Assembly: GCA_964591955.1 (NCBI GenBank)
Contig: CAZQBT010000001.1
Span: 371 to 64,370, forward strand
DNA from: an uncultured Brevinematales bacterium
Lineage (GTDB): Bacteria; Spirochaetota; Brevinematia; Brevinematales; CAZQBT01
Reading direction: 5' to 3'
DNA length: 64,000 nt
Shown here one piece after another: positions 47,989 through 58,465 of the stretch (position 1 is the first letter of the stretch; each line of letters starts with the position of its first letter). The position numbers and the translations under genes are program-made. The notes beneath the pieces were generated by a model, which saw only the letters and a program-made list of their open reading frames with translations, searched no databases and had not been told where the DNA came from.

Positions 47989-49650
47989 TTATTTTTTACC
48001 TATTCCTCTAAAACTTAATTCCACCCTTTCCGGGTTTTCAACCTTGGTAAATAAACTTACCACAAAAGTCATAATCAAAGAAACGGGGAAAGCTATAACC
48101 AAGGGGTCAATAACCTCGGTAACGCCCTCAAACAGGACAACCCTCCCGAAAATCGCCTCACTTATGCCGAAAACTTTGGCTTCAGCCGTATGGAAAAACA
48201 GAAACCAGATTGCGGAAACGATAATACCTGATAAAATCCCTGCAATCGCTCCTTTGCGGGTGAGACGTTTCCAATACAACGCGAGAGTGTAAGGTGCAAG
48301 GAAACTTGATGCCATAAGCCCGAAGAAAATAGCCGTTGCGCGTGCGATAATACCCGGCTCAAGTCTAAATCCGAGCAAAACCGTAGCAAGAATCGCTATC
48401 ACAATACCGATTCTCGTAACCAACACCTCGCGGGACTTTTTATAAGCCTTATTGCGCATAATCCCCTTTTCGTAAACATCCCTGCCGATTGATGTCCCGA
48501 TAGCGTGGAATTGAGAACTCAAAGTTGACATCGCCGCCGATAAAATCACAAGCATAAAAATATAACCGAACCATACCGGCATCGCATCGCGTATAAAAAT
48601 AGGTATAACAAGGTCGGGATTTCCGCCTGCTACGGCAATGGCAATCTTGCCCGTTTCCTGATAGAAATAAACATTGGACAACGCCCCTACAATAAAGGGA
48701 GTTCCGACAGTAACAAGAATAAACACCCCGCCGATTAATATGGCACGGTTAAGTTCCTTGTTGCTTTTGACGGTCATATACCGGACTACAAGCTGAGGTT
48801 GGGCAAGAACTCCTATACCAACTCCGAGAACAATAGTGGAATATACAACCCACCACAGGGAAGAGCCTCTTGCCATAGAACTTGTCCACCCCAGATGCCC
48901 CTGCTCAACTAAATTAGGCGGAACCAATTCTTTCATATTAGTCAAAGCGGTATGCGCGGGAACAATCCCGCCGAGTCTTATGTATATGAAAAACAGCAAT
49001 ATAACCATACCGATAAACATAAGACTACCCTGCAAAGCATCGGTGTACATAACGCCTTTAAGACCGCCCATAATCACATAAGCAGCGACAAGGATAGAAA
49101 ATATCGTAACGGAAACTATAAAGGGAATACCGAGCAGTCCTTCAATAATCCTTGACCCGCCGATAAGAACCGCAGCGGCATACAAAGGCATAAATATAAA
49201 AATCACAAGACCGCCGAACCATTGTATAAAGTTGGAATCAAGGCGCTTTCCCAAAAGCTCGGGGAACGTATGCGCATCAAGATTCAAACCCATCCTGCGG
49301 GTTCGTTTACCGTAAACGGCAAAGGCTATAAATATACCGACACCTATATTACACACGGTAAGCCAAAGCAGGCTCATACCGAACAAAGAGGCAACACCGC
49401 CGAAACCGACAATCGCTGCGGTAGATATAAAAGTAGCTCCGTAAGACAACGCCATAATATAAGGATGGATATTTCGTCCGCCAATCATATAATCGGTGGA
49501 GTTTTTAGTAGCCTTATAACCTTTAACACCGAGAAATGCAATAACCGCGAGGTAAAGTATTATTACGACAAGCATACCGTAATTAATACTTATATCGTTT
49601 ACTGCATTTCCGACAGCTTCGAGAACGCCGTTAGTAGCATTATTTGTCAT
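47989..49650 (-). CDS. Sodium:solute symporter (SSS) family transporter
   Basis: 553 aa with about 13-14 TM helices and an SSS-like layout. Confidence 0.85.
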   Translation of the reverse strand: MTNNATNGVLEAVGNAVNDISINYGMLVVIILYLAVIAFLGVKGYKATKNSTDYMIGGRNIHPYIMALSYGATFISTAAIVGFGGVASLFGMSLLWLTVCNIGVGIFIAFAVYGKRTRRMGLNLDAHTFPELLGKRLDSNFIQWFGGLVIFIFMPLYAAAVLIGGSRIIEGLLGIPFIVSVTIFSILVAAYVIMGGLKGVMYTDALQGSLMFIGMVILLFFIYIRLGGIVPAHTALTNMKELVPPNLVEQGHLGWTSSMARGSSLWWVVYSTIVLGVGIGVLAQPQLVVRYMTVKSNKELNRAILIGGVFILVTVGTPFIVGALSNVYFYQETGKIAIAVAGGNPDLVIPIFIRDAMPVWFGYIFMLVILSAAMSTLSSQFHAIGTSIGRDVYEKGIMRNKAYKKSREVLVTRIGIVIAILATVLLGFRLEPGIIARATAIFFGLMASSFLAPYTLALYWKRLTRKGAIAGILSGIIVSAIWFLFFHTAEAKVFGISEAIFGRVVLFEGVTEVIDPLVIAFPVSLIMTFVVSLFTKVENPERVELSFRGIGKK

Positions 49651-49846
49651 CAGGCACCTCCCCGGCTAACTCCTCTTCAATCTCAATTTCCTCTTTAGCC
49701 CAAATTCTTTCCTCCTCCGCCTCTTCGGCAGAGATGTCGCCCTCTTTGTTCCAGTTGAGAGCGCCGTAAACAACACAGACAAGCGCAAGTAAAAATATCA
49801 AAATATAAGCTATCCAAATTCCCGGATCCGGTATTCCCAGAAACAT
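49640..49846 (-). CDS. Small membrane protein coupled to the symporter (symporter accessory-like)
   Basis: 68 aa with one TM helix followed by an acidic tail. GGAGG precedes the ATG. It overlaps the symporter start by 11 nt. Confidence 0.6.
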   Translation of the reverse strand: MFLGIPDPGIWIAYILIFLLALVCVVYGALNWNKEGDISAEEAEEERIWAKEEIEIEEELAGEVPDDK

Positions 49847-49874
49847 GCCGACCTCCTAAAATCAGAAATTTTTT

Positions 49875-51047
49875 TTATTTTCCTTTTACTATTTTATAAA
49901 CCGTATCGGCATCCTTATCGCCCCGACCCGAAACGTTGATAATAACAATATCGTCTTTTTTAAAACGGTCGGGGTTATTTATTACATAGGCAACGGCGTG
50001 GCTTGACTCAAGCGCCGGAATAATCCCCTCCATTCTCGAAAGATACCCGAATGCTTCAAGCGCCTCATCATCCGTAGCCTTGACCGGAGTAAGCCTGCCC
50101 TTGGAATTAAGATAAGCAAGCTCAGGTCCAACACCGGGATAATCAAGCCCTGCCGAAATGGAATGAACAGGCATAACCTGCCCGTAATCATCAAGTATAA
50201 CCTTGCTTTTAGAACCGTGCAAAACCCCCGTCCTGCCGAAAGCAAGCGAGGCGGAATTGTCGCCCGGATTATCACTGCGGCCGCCCGCTTCAACTCCAAG
50301 AAGTTTCACGTCTTTATCTTCCAAAAACGGGTAGAACAACCCCATAGCATTGGAGCCACCGCCCACACATGCGACAAGATAATCAGGCAGGCGGTTTTCC
50401 GCTTCGATAATCTGCTTACGGGCTTCATATCCGACTACCGATTGAAAATCGCGAACTATGACGGGGTATGGGAAAGGTCCTGCAACCGAACCTATAAGGT
50501 AATATGTCGTTTCGACATTGGAAAGCCAATCCCTGAACGCTTCGTTCATAGCATCCTTCAAAGTCCTGCTCCCCGTATCGACCGAAACGACTTTAGCGCC
50601 CAAAAGTTCCATACGAAATACGTTTAAAGCCTGACGATATGTATCCTCTTCGCCCATATAGACACAACACTCCATATTCATAAGAGCGCAAGCGGTAGCG
50701 GTTGCGACCCCGTGTTGTCCCGCGCCGGTTTCCGCTATAATACGTTGCTTTCCCATCCGTTTTGCAAGCAAAATCTGTCCGATTGTGTTGTTGATTTTAT
50801 GCGCGCCGGTATGATTCAAATCCTCACGCTTAAGATATACCTTAAAGCCAAGGTCTTTACTCATATTTTGCGCGAAATATAAGGGGGAAGGTCTCCCGAC
50901 ATAGTTCTTAAAATAATAATTAAGCTCATCGAGAAAACCCTTGTCGTTTTTGTATTTTTCGTAAGCATTTTCAAGTTCTTCAAGTATAGGGACAAAACTT
51001 TCGGGGATATACGCCCCGCCGAATTCTCCGAAATTATCTTTTTTCAT
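49875..51047 (-). CDS. trpB: Tryptophan synthase beta chain
   Basis: [22 protein letters not shown] (PLP lysine) and GGGSNAMG motifs are present. The likely ATG at 51047 ([11 protein letters not shown]) overlaps the upstream gene by 14 nt. Confidence 0.9.
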   Translation of the reverse strand: MKKDNFGEFGGAYIPESFVPILEELENAYEKYKNDKGFLDELNYYFKNYVGRPSPLYFAQNMSKDLGFKVYLKREDLNHTGAHKINNTIGQILLAKRMGKQRIIAETGAGQHGVATATACALMNMECCVYMGEEDTYRQALNVFRMELLGAKVVSVDTGSRTLKDAMNEAFRDWLSNVETTYYLIGSVAGPFPYPVIVRDFQSVVGYEARKQIIEAENRLPDYLVACVGGGSNAMGLFYPFLEDKDVKLLGVEAGGRSDNPGDNSASLAFGRTGVLHGSKSKVILDDYGQVMPVHSISAGLDYPGVGPELAYLNSKGRLTPVKATDDEALEAFGYLSRMEGIIPALESSHAVAYVINNPDRFKKDDIVIINVSGRGDKDADTVYKIVKGK

Positions 51048-52002
51048 TGATATCCCAACCGACATAAATTTTATCCATAATTTCTTTGGCAATTTTAAGT
51101 GCGGAAATATCCGCTTCGGGATGGCGTAAGGGTTCGCGCTCCTCACCGATACACTCGATAAAATGAATCAACTCAAGTTTAAGCGCATTATCCTTATGAA
51201 CAAAAACCCTTTCGACAAAGGCTTCCTGTTTGTATTTAATCTCCTCGCGCATAACCACGTATTCGGTTTGAGGCTGACGGATTATAGTAATATCCTGTGT
51301 AGCATAATCAAGATTGATAAACGAATCCTCCTGGGAAATGGTAAGCGTTCTGATTTTGTTGGCGGAAACCCTGCTTGCGGCAATATTGGCGACAACCCCG
51401 TTATCAAAATAGATAGAGGCGTTTGCCAAATCCTCAAACTCGGAATAAACCCGCGTGCCGTGCGCCTGAATATCGACAGGATGACCGCCGGCAATCGCAA
51501 GTATTATATCAATATCGTGAATCATCAAATCAAGAACAACACCGACATCTACAATTCTCCCGCGGGGTCCCATACGTTGCGCCTGAATAAAATACGGGTC
51601 TTTGACTATATGCTGAAGTTCCTGAACCGCCGCGTTAAATCTTTCAACATGCCCGACCTGTAAAAAAACATTGTTTTCCTCGGCAAGCTCTATGAGCTTT
51701 TCTGCATAATATATTGTGCGCGTGATAGGTTTTTCAACCAGAACATGCTTTTTAGCGGCAAGAGCTTGAGAAGCATATTTATAATGTAAATATGTAGGAA
51801 CGGCAACCACAACCGCATCAACTTCTTTCAGGAACTTGGAATAATCCGTAAAACCCTTGATACCGTATAACTCCGATACGCGTTTAACCTCGGAATCGTC
51901 TATATCGCAAACCGCGGTCAACTCAATACCTTGAATGGATGATAAGACATTGACATGGTATCTTCCCATGTGCCCAATTCCAGCAACGCCGATTTTAACC
52001 AA
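51034..52002 (-). CDS. Gfo/Idh/MocA-family NAD(P)-dependent oxidoreductase
   Basis: N-terminal Rossmann motif [17 protein letters not shown] start 6 nt after AAGGAG. Confidence 0.85.
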   Translation of the reverse strand: MVKIGVAGIGHMGRYHVNVLSSIQGIELTAVCDIDDSEVKRVSELYGIKGFTDYSKFLKEVDAVVVAVPTYLHYKYASQALAAKKHVLVEKPITRTIYYAEKLIELAEENNVFLQVGHVERFNAAVQELQHIVKDPYFIQAQRMGPRGRIVDVGVVLDLMIHDIDIILAIAGGHPVDIQAHGTRVYSEFEDLANASIYFDNGVVANIAASRVSANKIRTLTISQEDSFINLDYATQDITIIRQPQTEYVVMREEIKYKQEAFVERVFVHKDNALKLELIHFIECIGEEREPLRHPEADISALKIAKEIMDKIYVGWDINEKR

Positions 52003-52022
52003 AATATACTCCTTAAAAAGAC

Positions 52023-52304
52023 TTAGTTCAAAAGAAGATTTTTGTAATCCTCATTTTGAGAGATAAAATTTTTGGCATACGGACAGGTTGCGATTATCTT
52101 GAAGCCGTTTTCTTTAGCATAATCGCAGGCGAATTTAAGAATTTTCGCCGCGATACCCTGTCCTCTGAACACAGACGGGACAAAAGTATGAAAAAAATCA
52201 AGCACCCCGTCCCCTTTATCCTCGTATTCCAAATGCGCTTCCTGCCCCTTGATAGCGATATAAAATTTATGCTTTTTTGTATCGTGTATTATATCAAAAT
52301 CCAA
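52023..52304 (-). CDS. Small GNAT-type N-acetyltransferase (YjdJ-like)
   Basis: 93 aa with FRGQGIAAKILKFACDYAKENGFKIIATCPY. TTG start after GGAGGTGG. Confidence 0.7.
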   Translation of the reverse strand: MDFDIIHDTKKHKFYIAIKGQEAHLEYEDKGDGVLDFFHTFVPSVFRGQGIAAKILKFACDYAKENGFKIIATCPYAKNFISQNEDYKNLLLN

Positions 52305-52436
52305 ACACCACCTCCGGGAATCCCAAATTATATGATTATGGCATACTATTTAATTTTTTGCACATTTTAAGGGAATTATCCTGCGCCTTTTGCGGATTTT
52401 TCCGAAAAACATATCGCCTAAAGACGCAGGAGTAAT

Positions 52437-55400
52437 CTATTTCCTGATAATAAACTCAACCCTGCGGTTACGGGCATTATATTCGGAGGTGGTTTCACCT
52501 CCGGCTCTCGGTAATTGCTGCTCAAACCCCACACCTTTAAAGCTCAAACGGTTAAAATCAAACCTCACCCGTTTACGCTTTAATATTTCCGAAAGATAAT
52601 CATAAACAGACTTGGCGCGTCTCTCCGAGAGAGGCTTGTTATAGCTTGCGCTACCCACCGAATCCGTATGTCCCACTATTATAATTTGATAATTATCGGA
52701 TAGTTTATATCTTGCGGGGTCTTTAACCACCGTTTCGATAATCTCCGCAACCTTTGCGACAACCGCACGCCCATCATCGGTAAGATTATGCTTGTTAAAC
52801 TCAAAGTTTATACTGCTTACGCGGATAATCCAATCATACTGCCTTTCGATAAGAAGCACCCCGACTACTATATCTCTTTCTACACGAAGAGTATTGCCGA
52901 GACCGTCTTTTGCCGTTAATATCATTGCATAATCCTGCACGGAATCGACCAAAAGCCCGTTATCGCCGATACCGTCCCATTCAATAGTCTTTTCGACTTT
53001 CTGCACAAAATTATCGCCACCTTTAAAAGTCTTAAACGGGCGGGCTTCATCAAAGTTTTCGCCTTTCTTGTAAATATTAATCTCCCAGACTACTTTGTTG
53101 GGGTCATAAAGCTCAAGATTTATAAATAACGTATCGTTTACACTGTCGCCGTCGGGAGTAAACAAATCGGGAACTACGGTAATTTTGTAATCGGGAGGAG
53201 TTTTGTCAAGCACAATATTTGTAATGGTCGCCGTAATAAGGTTTCCCGTATCAAAATCATAACTCATCCTCGCGGAATAAATTCCGTCTGCTGCCGGCTT
53301 GCCGTCATCAGTTTTACCGTCCCATACGATTTTATCATCCCTGCCCTTTTCGATAGTTCTTACCGTCCTGCCCTGAATATCAATAATTTCAAGTTTAGCC
53401 TTTCTTAATCTCGAAATAGGAGTCGTATTCAATGCCCGTGTGGTAAATGCGAGGGTATCCAAGTTTCCGTCATTATTCGGAGCAAACCGATGTTCGCCGT
53501 CAATCTTAAATTCAATATCCTCAAAACGACGGACAAGACGGATACCCGGAATATTTATTTGCATAGTATTTCTTGCAGCATCTCTGCCGAAAAAGTCAAA
53601 ACGATAAACTCCCTCAGGCACAGGTTTTCCTTCTTTATCCGTGCCGTTCCAGCGCAACTCATCGGGCAACTCATCGCCGCGCCATTGATAAGTCCTTACA
53701 ACCCGGTCTCCGTCTTCCGTTTCGCGGGCAAACGAGGCGGTAAATATCTCATCGTTTTTTCGCTCTCCGACAATCCGTATCGGCAAATAATCCTGCCGTC
53801 CGTCATCATTAGGCGAAAAAGCCATATATGCAAATTCAAATCCGACATTCGGAGGAACACGGTCGATACGCACGGTGCGGGTATCGGAACGGGGGTTTCC
53901 GCCGTAATCGTATTCAACGGAAACGTCATAAAAATATATCCCGTCGGGCAAATTTTTACCCGCATCGTCTTTTCCCTCCCATACGAATTGAGGAACAAAA
54001 GCGTTGGTAACAAATCTGCGCACGGGTTTGTCATCGGCATTCCTTATTTCCAGAATAAGTTTCTCTATGCGCTCGGTAAATGTAAGGGAAATATCAAACT
54101 TAATCTTTTGGTTGGCATTTTCCGTTCCGGGCGAAATTGCAAGAACATCGCTTGAAACCGTAGCCTCATCACGCCCCGTTCGGATAAAGAATTCGACTTC
54201 CCTGCTGTTGCGGTTTCCTACCCAGTCAACCGCCTCAACAACATAAAGATATTCGCCCTGCGGGAAATTTCTATAAGGCGGTGAGGTTCTCTTGTCGAAC
54301 CCGTCCCAAGTAAAACTTTGGGGAAATTCCGAAAGAGGGGAGCGGTCAAAATATATCATCTCGCCGGTTTTCTTGTATAGTATTTTCGATGTAATCATAT
54401 CATCGGCACGCCCCGAAAGTCTATGCACAAAGGTTATATCATCCTGCACGCCGTCCCTGTTCGGCGAAAACGCAAGATATTCGGCATCAATCTCAATTTG
54501 AGTCGGGGTGGTATCTATTGTGATGGTTTTAAGCTGTGTTTTGGGATAATTACCGCTGTCATAGAAAAGTTGAATATCGTAAAGATAATCGCCGTCGGAC
54601 AGGCGTTTGCCTTCGGCATCATTCCCGTTCCACACTATCTGCGCGGGAAGTTTATCCGTGCCTTTAAACTCCCTAACAACGTTGGTGGAATTATCGTAAA
54701 TCCTGAAGACCCAGTTTTCAAGCCCCCTGTCGTCATCAACCGACGGGGAAAAAGTAACGGTATCCGTGGCGCCGCCGGGAGAAAACCCGTTACGATTTAC
54801 CGATAGCGTTACGTTTTGATAATTGGTAACAAGACGGATACTCCTTATGCGGTCGGATGTTTGGTTGCCCGCCAAATCCCGCGCCGTAATACGAAAATCA
54901 TAAATCCCCTCGCCCACGGGAATTTGCCTGTCGTCCAATCCATCCCACACAATTTGTTCGGGGGATGTATCCTCATAGCGGAAAGTGCGCCTTGTCTTGC
55001 CGTCTGTGTCTAAAATCTCAGCGGTTATCTTAGTGCCTCTTGTTATGTTTTCCGATGAGACAGAGAAAACGTTTTCGTCCTTAACGCCGTCATTATTAGG
55101 CGAAAAAATCAAATATTGAGCCTCCGCTTCAATCACGGGAATCACCGTATCAACCACAATAATACCGGATTTGGTTTCCGAAAGATTATCATTATCATCC
55201 CACGCGCGAAGGACATAGAAATAATCCCCGTCTTCAACGACTTTCCCGTCTTTATCAAACCCGTTCCAAGTAATATATTCGGGAATAAAAACCTCAGTTC
55301 GTTTGGAAAAAATCCGCCGGACAAAAAGAGGAATAGTAAGATTGCGGATTCTTAACGCCTCGGTGCTATGAAAGGTTTTGACAATCTCCCCGTCTTTATC

Positions 55401-56495
55401 GGTGATAATCAATTCCCATTCTTTAACCATAGTGTTGTCCCGTATATCAAGGTAAAAATTGACCTCATCCTGCGAACCGGTAAAATTAGGCGAAAAATGG
55501 GAGTAATTCGGGCTGACACTAACCTCAGGTGGAATCCTGTCGTAATACCCCACCGCGACCGATAAATTTACGGAATGGGCAATCGAATTTTTGCCGTTAA
55601 AATCAAGATTCTGTATTGAATAGGAAATTTCCACATCGGTAGAGGAGTCGGGTTTATCAGGCACGGGGACAAAAGCGAATTTCAACCCGCCTCCCGCATA
55701 CCAAAAAGGCATACCCGCCGTGTTGTATGATACCCCGCCTCGAATCGAAATTAGATTAAACACCGTGTTTTCCATCCCTATTCCGCCGACAAAGCCGACT
55801 GGATTAAACGGGACATTTATATCCGCCAAGAGACGCATCTCATAGACAGGTGTTTTGATAATACTTGAAGAAGCGCCTATCCCCAAACCGAGAGCCGGTA
55901 AAGAATTATATTCGCCGAGCGTTGCGGTTTTACCGATATTTTTCAAAACCGCGCCGTAAGAAAAGTCGAATAGCCCGAAACCGTAAGCATCGGGGGTGGG
56001 ATTGTTTACAATAAACCCCATATCGAAACCTAAAACCCAGTCGGAAACGTTATCGACAAGCCCTTTTACGTGGCTGAATTTCAAAGCGAAACCCCAGAAA
56101 AGGTTATCGGTAATATCTTTCGCCATAGAAATATCGGCGCCGATAAGCTGACCGAGGCTATCGGAGCTTTCGGGTCCCGCCAAATACCTTGCATTAAGCG
56201 AAAAAACGCCCGCCAACGTGGGTAACGCACCGCCCAAGTCCATAAGGAAAAAATCGCTTCCAAGCCCTAAGACGGAAAGACCGATAGTGCCGCGACGAAT
56301 ATCGGCAAGTTTTGCAGGGTTTAACCCCACCCCGCCCATACTTCCGAGTTCTGCTATCCCCGTATTGGCAAGCGAAAATTCCACAACCCCGCTGCCGATA
56401 TATCCGAACTGCGAACCGGGTAAAGGCTCATTTGCAAAAATCCCACCATAAACCGCAACCATTAAAATTATCAAAAATATCCTGAAAAACCTCAT
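52437..56495 (-). CDS. Giant envelope protein: N-terminal beta-barrel-like domain, 8 tandem FlgD-Ig-like domains and a C-terminal OmpA peptidoglycan-binding domain
   Basis: A signal peptide is followed by about 320 aa of Gly/aromatic-rich sequence. Eight repeats each carry [FI]SPN.DG..D ... W[DN]G.D..G..[LV].[DE]G.Y. The C-terminus has GHTDSVGSASYNKPLSERRAKSV...NRRVEFII. Confidence 0.85.
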   Translation of the reverse strand: MRFFRIFLIILMVAVYGGIFANEPLPGSQFGYIGSGVVEFSLANTGIAELGSMGGVGLNPAKLADIRRGTIGLSVLGLGSDFFLMDLGGALPTLAGVFSLNARYLAGPESSDSLGQLIGADISMAKDITDNLFWGFALKFSHVKGLVDNVSDWVLGFDMGFIVNNPTPDAYGFGLFDFSYGAVLKNIGKTATLGEYNSLPALGLGIGASSSIIKTPVYEMRLLADINVPFNPVGFVGGIGMENTVFNLISIRGGVSYNTAGMPFWYAGGGLKFAFVPVPDKPDSSTDVEISYSIQNLDFNGKNSIAHSVNLSVAVGYYDRIPPEVSVSPNYSHFSPNFTGSQDEVNFYLDIRDNTMVKEWELIITDKDGEIVKTFHSTEALRIRNLTIPLFVRRIFSKRTEVFIPEYITWNGFDKDGKVVEDGDYFYVLRAWDDNDNLSETKSGIIVVDTVIPVIEAEAQYLIFSPNNDGVKDENVFSVSSENITRGTKITAEILDTDGKTRRTFRYEDTSPEQIVWDGLDDRQIPVGEGIYDFRITARDLAGNQTSDRIRSIRLVTNYQNVTLSVNRNGFSPGGATDTVTFSPSVDDDRGLENWVFRIYDNSTNVVREFKGTDKLPAQIVWNGNDAEGKRLSDGDYLYDIQLFYDSGNYPKTQLKTITIDTTPTQIEIDAEYLAFSPNRDGVQDDITFVHRLSGRADDMITSKILYKKTGEMIYFDRSPLSEFPQSFTWDGFDKRTSPPYRNFPQGEYLYVVEAVDWVGNRNSREVEFFIRTGRDEATVSSDVLAISPGTENANQKIKFDISLTFTERIEKLILEIRNADDKPVRRFVTNAFVPQFVWEGKDDAGKNLPDGIYFYDVSVEYDYGGNPRSDTRTVRIDRVPPNVGFEFAYMAFSPNDDGRQDYLPIRIVGERKNDEIFTASFARETEDGDRVVRTYQWRGDELPDELRWNGTDKEGKPVPEGVYRFDFFGRDAARNTMQINIPGIRLVRRFEDIEFKIDGEHRFAPNNDGNLDTLAFTTRALNTTPISRLRKAKLEIIDIQGRTVRTIEKGRDDKIVWDGKTDDGKPAADGIYSARMSYDFDTGNLITATITNIVLDKTPPDYKITVVPDLFTPDGDSVNDTLFINLELYDPNKVVWEINIYKKGENFDEARPFKTFKGGDNFVQKVEKTIEWDGIGDNGLLVDSVQDYAMILTAKDGLGNTLRVERDIVVGVLLIERQYDWIIRVSSINFEFNKHNLTDDGRAVVAKVAEIIETVVKDPARYKLSDNYQIIIVGHTDSVGSASYNKPLSERRAKSVYDYLSEILKRKRVRFDFNRLSFKGVGFEQQLPRAGGETTSEYNARNRRVEFIIRK

Positions 56496-56600
56496 CGGAT
56501 TTACCTCTCTTTTAATAAGTAAATTCTAATTACTATTTATACTATACAATAAAATCAGAGTATTCTCAAATAAGAAAGGTTTTGTTTGATAAAAAGCGGG

Positions 56601-58394
56601 TTAATTATCCTCAGAATTGACAAAATTCAAGTCGAGATAGCCCCTGTCCACATTAACCTTGACAACCTCTACCTTAACCTTGTCGCCGATAGAGTAAACG
56701 GTCTTGCTTTTCCGCCCCTTAGCGGTGTAATCCGCCTCCGAATAGGTATAGTAATCATCGTTCATATCCATATAACGGACAAGCCCTTCATTACCGAATT
56801 GGATAATCTGCACAAAGATACCGAAAACGCTAACCCCGCTTACAACCCCGTCAAAAACCTGCCCAACCCTGTCTTTCATAAAGCGGATAGACTTAATCTT
56901 ATAGAACTCGCGTTCCGCCTCCATAGCGACTCTTTCGCAGGAGGAAATATGCGCCGAAACCGAATCAAGCTCTTCTTCATCATATTTGCTTTTATTAGTG
57001 TCCGGGGCAATGGCATTTTTAATCAAGCGATGGACTATTAAATCTGCATAACGGCGTATAGGAGAGGTAAAATGCGTGTAGTATTCAAAGCCAAGCCCGT
57101 AATGCCCGATATTTTCGGTTTGGTAACGCGCCTGTTGCATCGACCTCAACAAAATATGGGTAACAAATTCTTTGTGAGGCTTACCCTCTGCTTCCCGCAA
57201 GACTTTCTGTATCTCAAGAGGGGCTGGGGTCGGCACGCCGTAGATTTTATGCCCGAACCGCATTGCAATACGGATAAAATCCTGAATTTTTTCGGCGGAA
57301 GGCTCATCGTGAATTCTAAAAATCGAAATTCCCCTTTCAAACAGGAATTTTGCGACACACCTGTTTGCAAGAAGCATAAGTTCCTCGACAATACGCTCGG
57401 AGTCCAAACGCTCCTTGAGCCAAACCTTTGCAGGCTCTCCGTTTTCTTTAAGCGTAATCTTCTGTTCCCTGAAATTAAAATCAATACCGCCGCTTTGCAT
57501 ACGTTTATTATTCAGGATTCTGAAAATATCATCTAATTTGCGAAGGGTTGATGCAAGTTGCTTGTCTGGATACGTTTCCTTGCCCTTTAAAAACCGTTCT
57601 AAAGAATTATAGTTTAGCCTGTGCCTGCTACGGATAACGGTTTCACGAATCTCGTAAGATTGAATATCCCCTTCGCGCGAAATATGGATAAAAATCGACA
57701 TAGTAAGTTTATCCTCATTCGGATTAAGACTACAAACCCCGTTTGAGAGAAGTTCGGGAAACATCGGGATAACCCTGTCGATAAAATAAAAACTGTTGCC
57801 GCGACGAATAGCCTCGCGGTCAAGTTTAGAACCCTTGTCAACATAGTAAGAAACATCTGCAATATGCACGCCGATAATCCATCCGTCTTTTTTCTCATCA
57901 AGCGAAACGGCATCATCAAGGTCTTTGGCATCAATCCCGTCGATAGTAAAAACCAAATTATCGCGGATATCAAGCCTTCGTTTAATCTCCGAATCGGGAA
58001 TGGAAACAGGAACGGATTCCAATTCGCGTAAAGCCGCTGATGGAAACCGGTTGCGAATTTTGTATTTATCAATAATACGGTCTAAATCGGTTTGCGGGGT
58101 GTTATCGGACTTTGTTTTAGGAATAAACTTACTCTTTTTTTTCAAATTGGGAACGGGAGTAGCGGGCTTATCCGCGGTCTTTTCTTTTTCTATCTGCTTT
58201 TTAGCGCCGGGAGATAATTTTATTTCACCGCTTGAATAATTGACCTCAACCCTGCCGCTTTTGGCAAAAGTTTTAACAATACGACTGAGCCGTTTTTTCT
58301 GCTCGGAAGACTTTGCCTGCATAAGTTCGCAAAGCGTATCAAATTTGATACTTTCGTTTTCTGCAATAGTTTTAAAAACTAATTTTCGTTTCAT
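56601..58394 (-). CDS. rnr: RNase II/R-family 3'-5' exoribonuclease
   Basis: The RNB domain has FTIDGIDAKDLDDAVS and HYGLGFEYYTHFTSPIRRYADL motifs, with a C-terminal S1 domain. No obvious N-terminal cold-shock domains. Confidence 0.9.
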   Translation of the reverse strand: MKRKLVFKTIAENESIKFDTLCELMQAKSSEQKKRLSRIVKTFAKSGRVEVNYSSGEIKLSPGAKKQIEKEKTADKPATPVPNLKKKSKFIPKTKSDNTPQTDLDRIIDKYKIRNRFPSAALRELESVPVSIPDSEIKRRLDIRDNLVFTIDGIDAKDLDDAVSLDEKKDGWIIGVHIADVSYYVDKGSKLDREAIRRGNSFYFIDRVIPMFPELLSNGVCSLNPNEDKLTMSIFIHISREGDIQSYEIRETVIRSRHRLNYNSLERFLKGKETYPDKQLASTLRKLDDIFRILNNKRMQSGGIDFNFREQKITLKENGEPAKVWLKERLDSERIVEELMLLANRCVAKFLFERGISIFRIHDEPSAEKIQDFIRIAMRFGHKIYGVPTPAPLEIQKVLREAEGKPHKEFVTHILLRSMQQARYQTENIGHYGLGFEYYTHFTSPIRRYADLIVHRLIKNAIAPDTNKSKYDEEELDSVSAHISSCERVAMEAEREFYKIKSIRFMKDRVGQVFDGVVSGVSVFGIFVQIIQFGNEGLVRYMDMNDDYYTYSEADYTAKGRKSKTVYSIGDKVKVEVVKVNVDRGYLDLNFVNSEDN

Positions 58395-58465
58395 AAAAAA
58401 TATATCCTCAATATTAGGAAAGAAAAGCGGGAGAAAAAAGTCTCCCGCTTTAAAATTAAAATTTA

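Noticed and set aside
53490-54155. 221-aa plus-strand ORF, with several smaller ones, antisense to the giant OmpA-domain gene.
   Set aside because: It lies inside a 1352-aa frame with eight recognisable domain repeats and an OmpA domain. Its translation has no motifs and no SD sequence.
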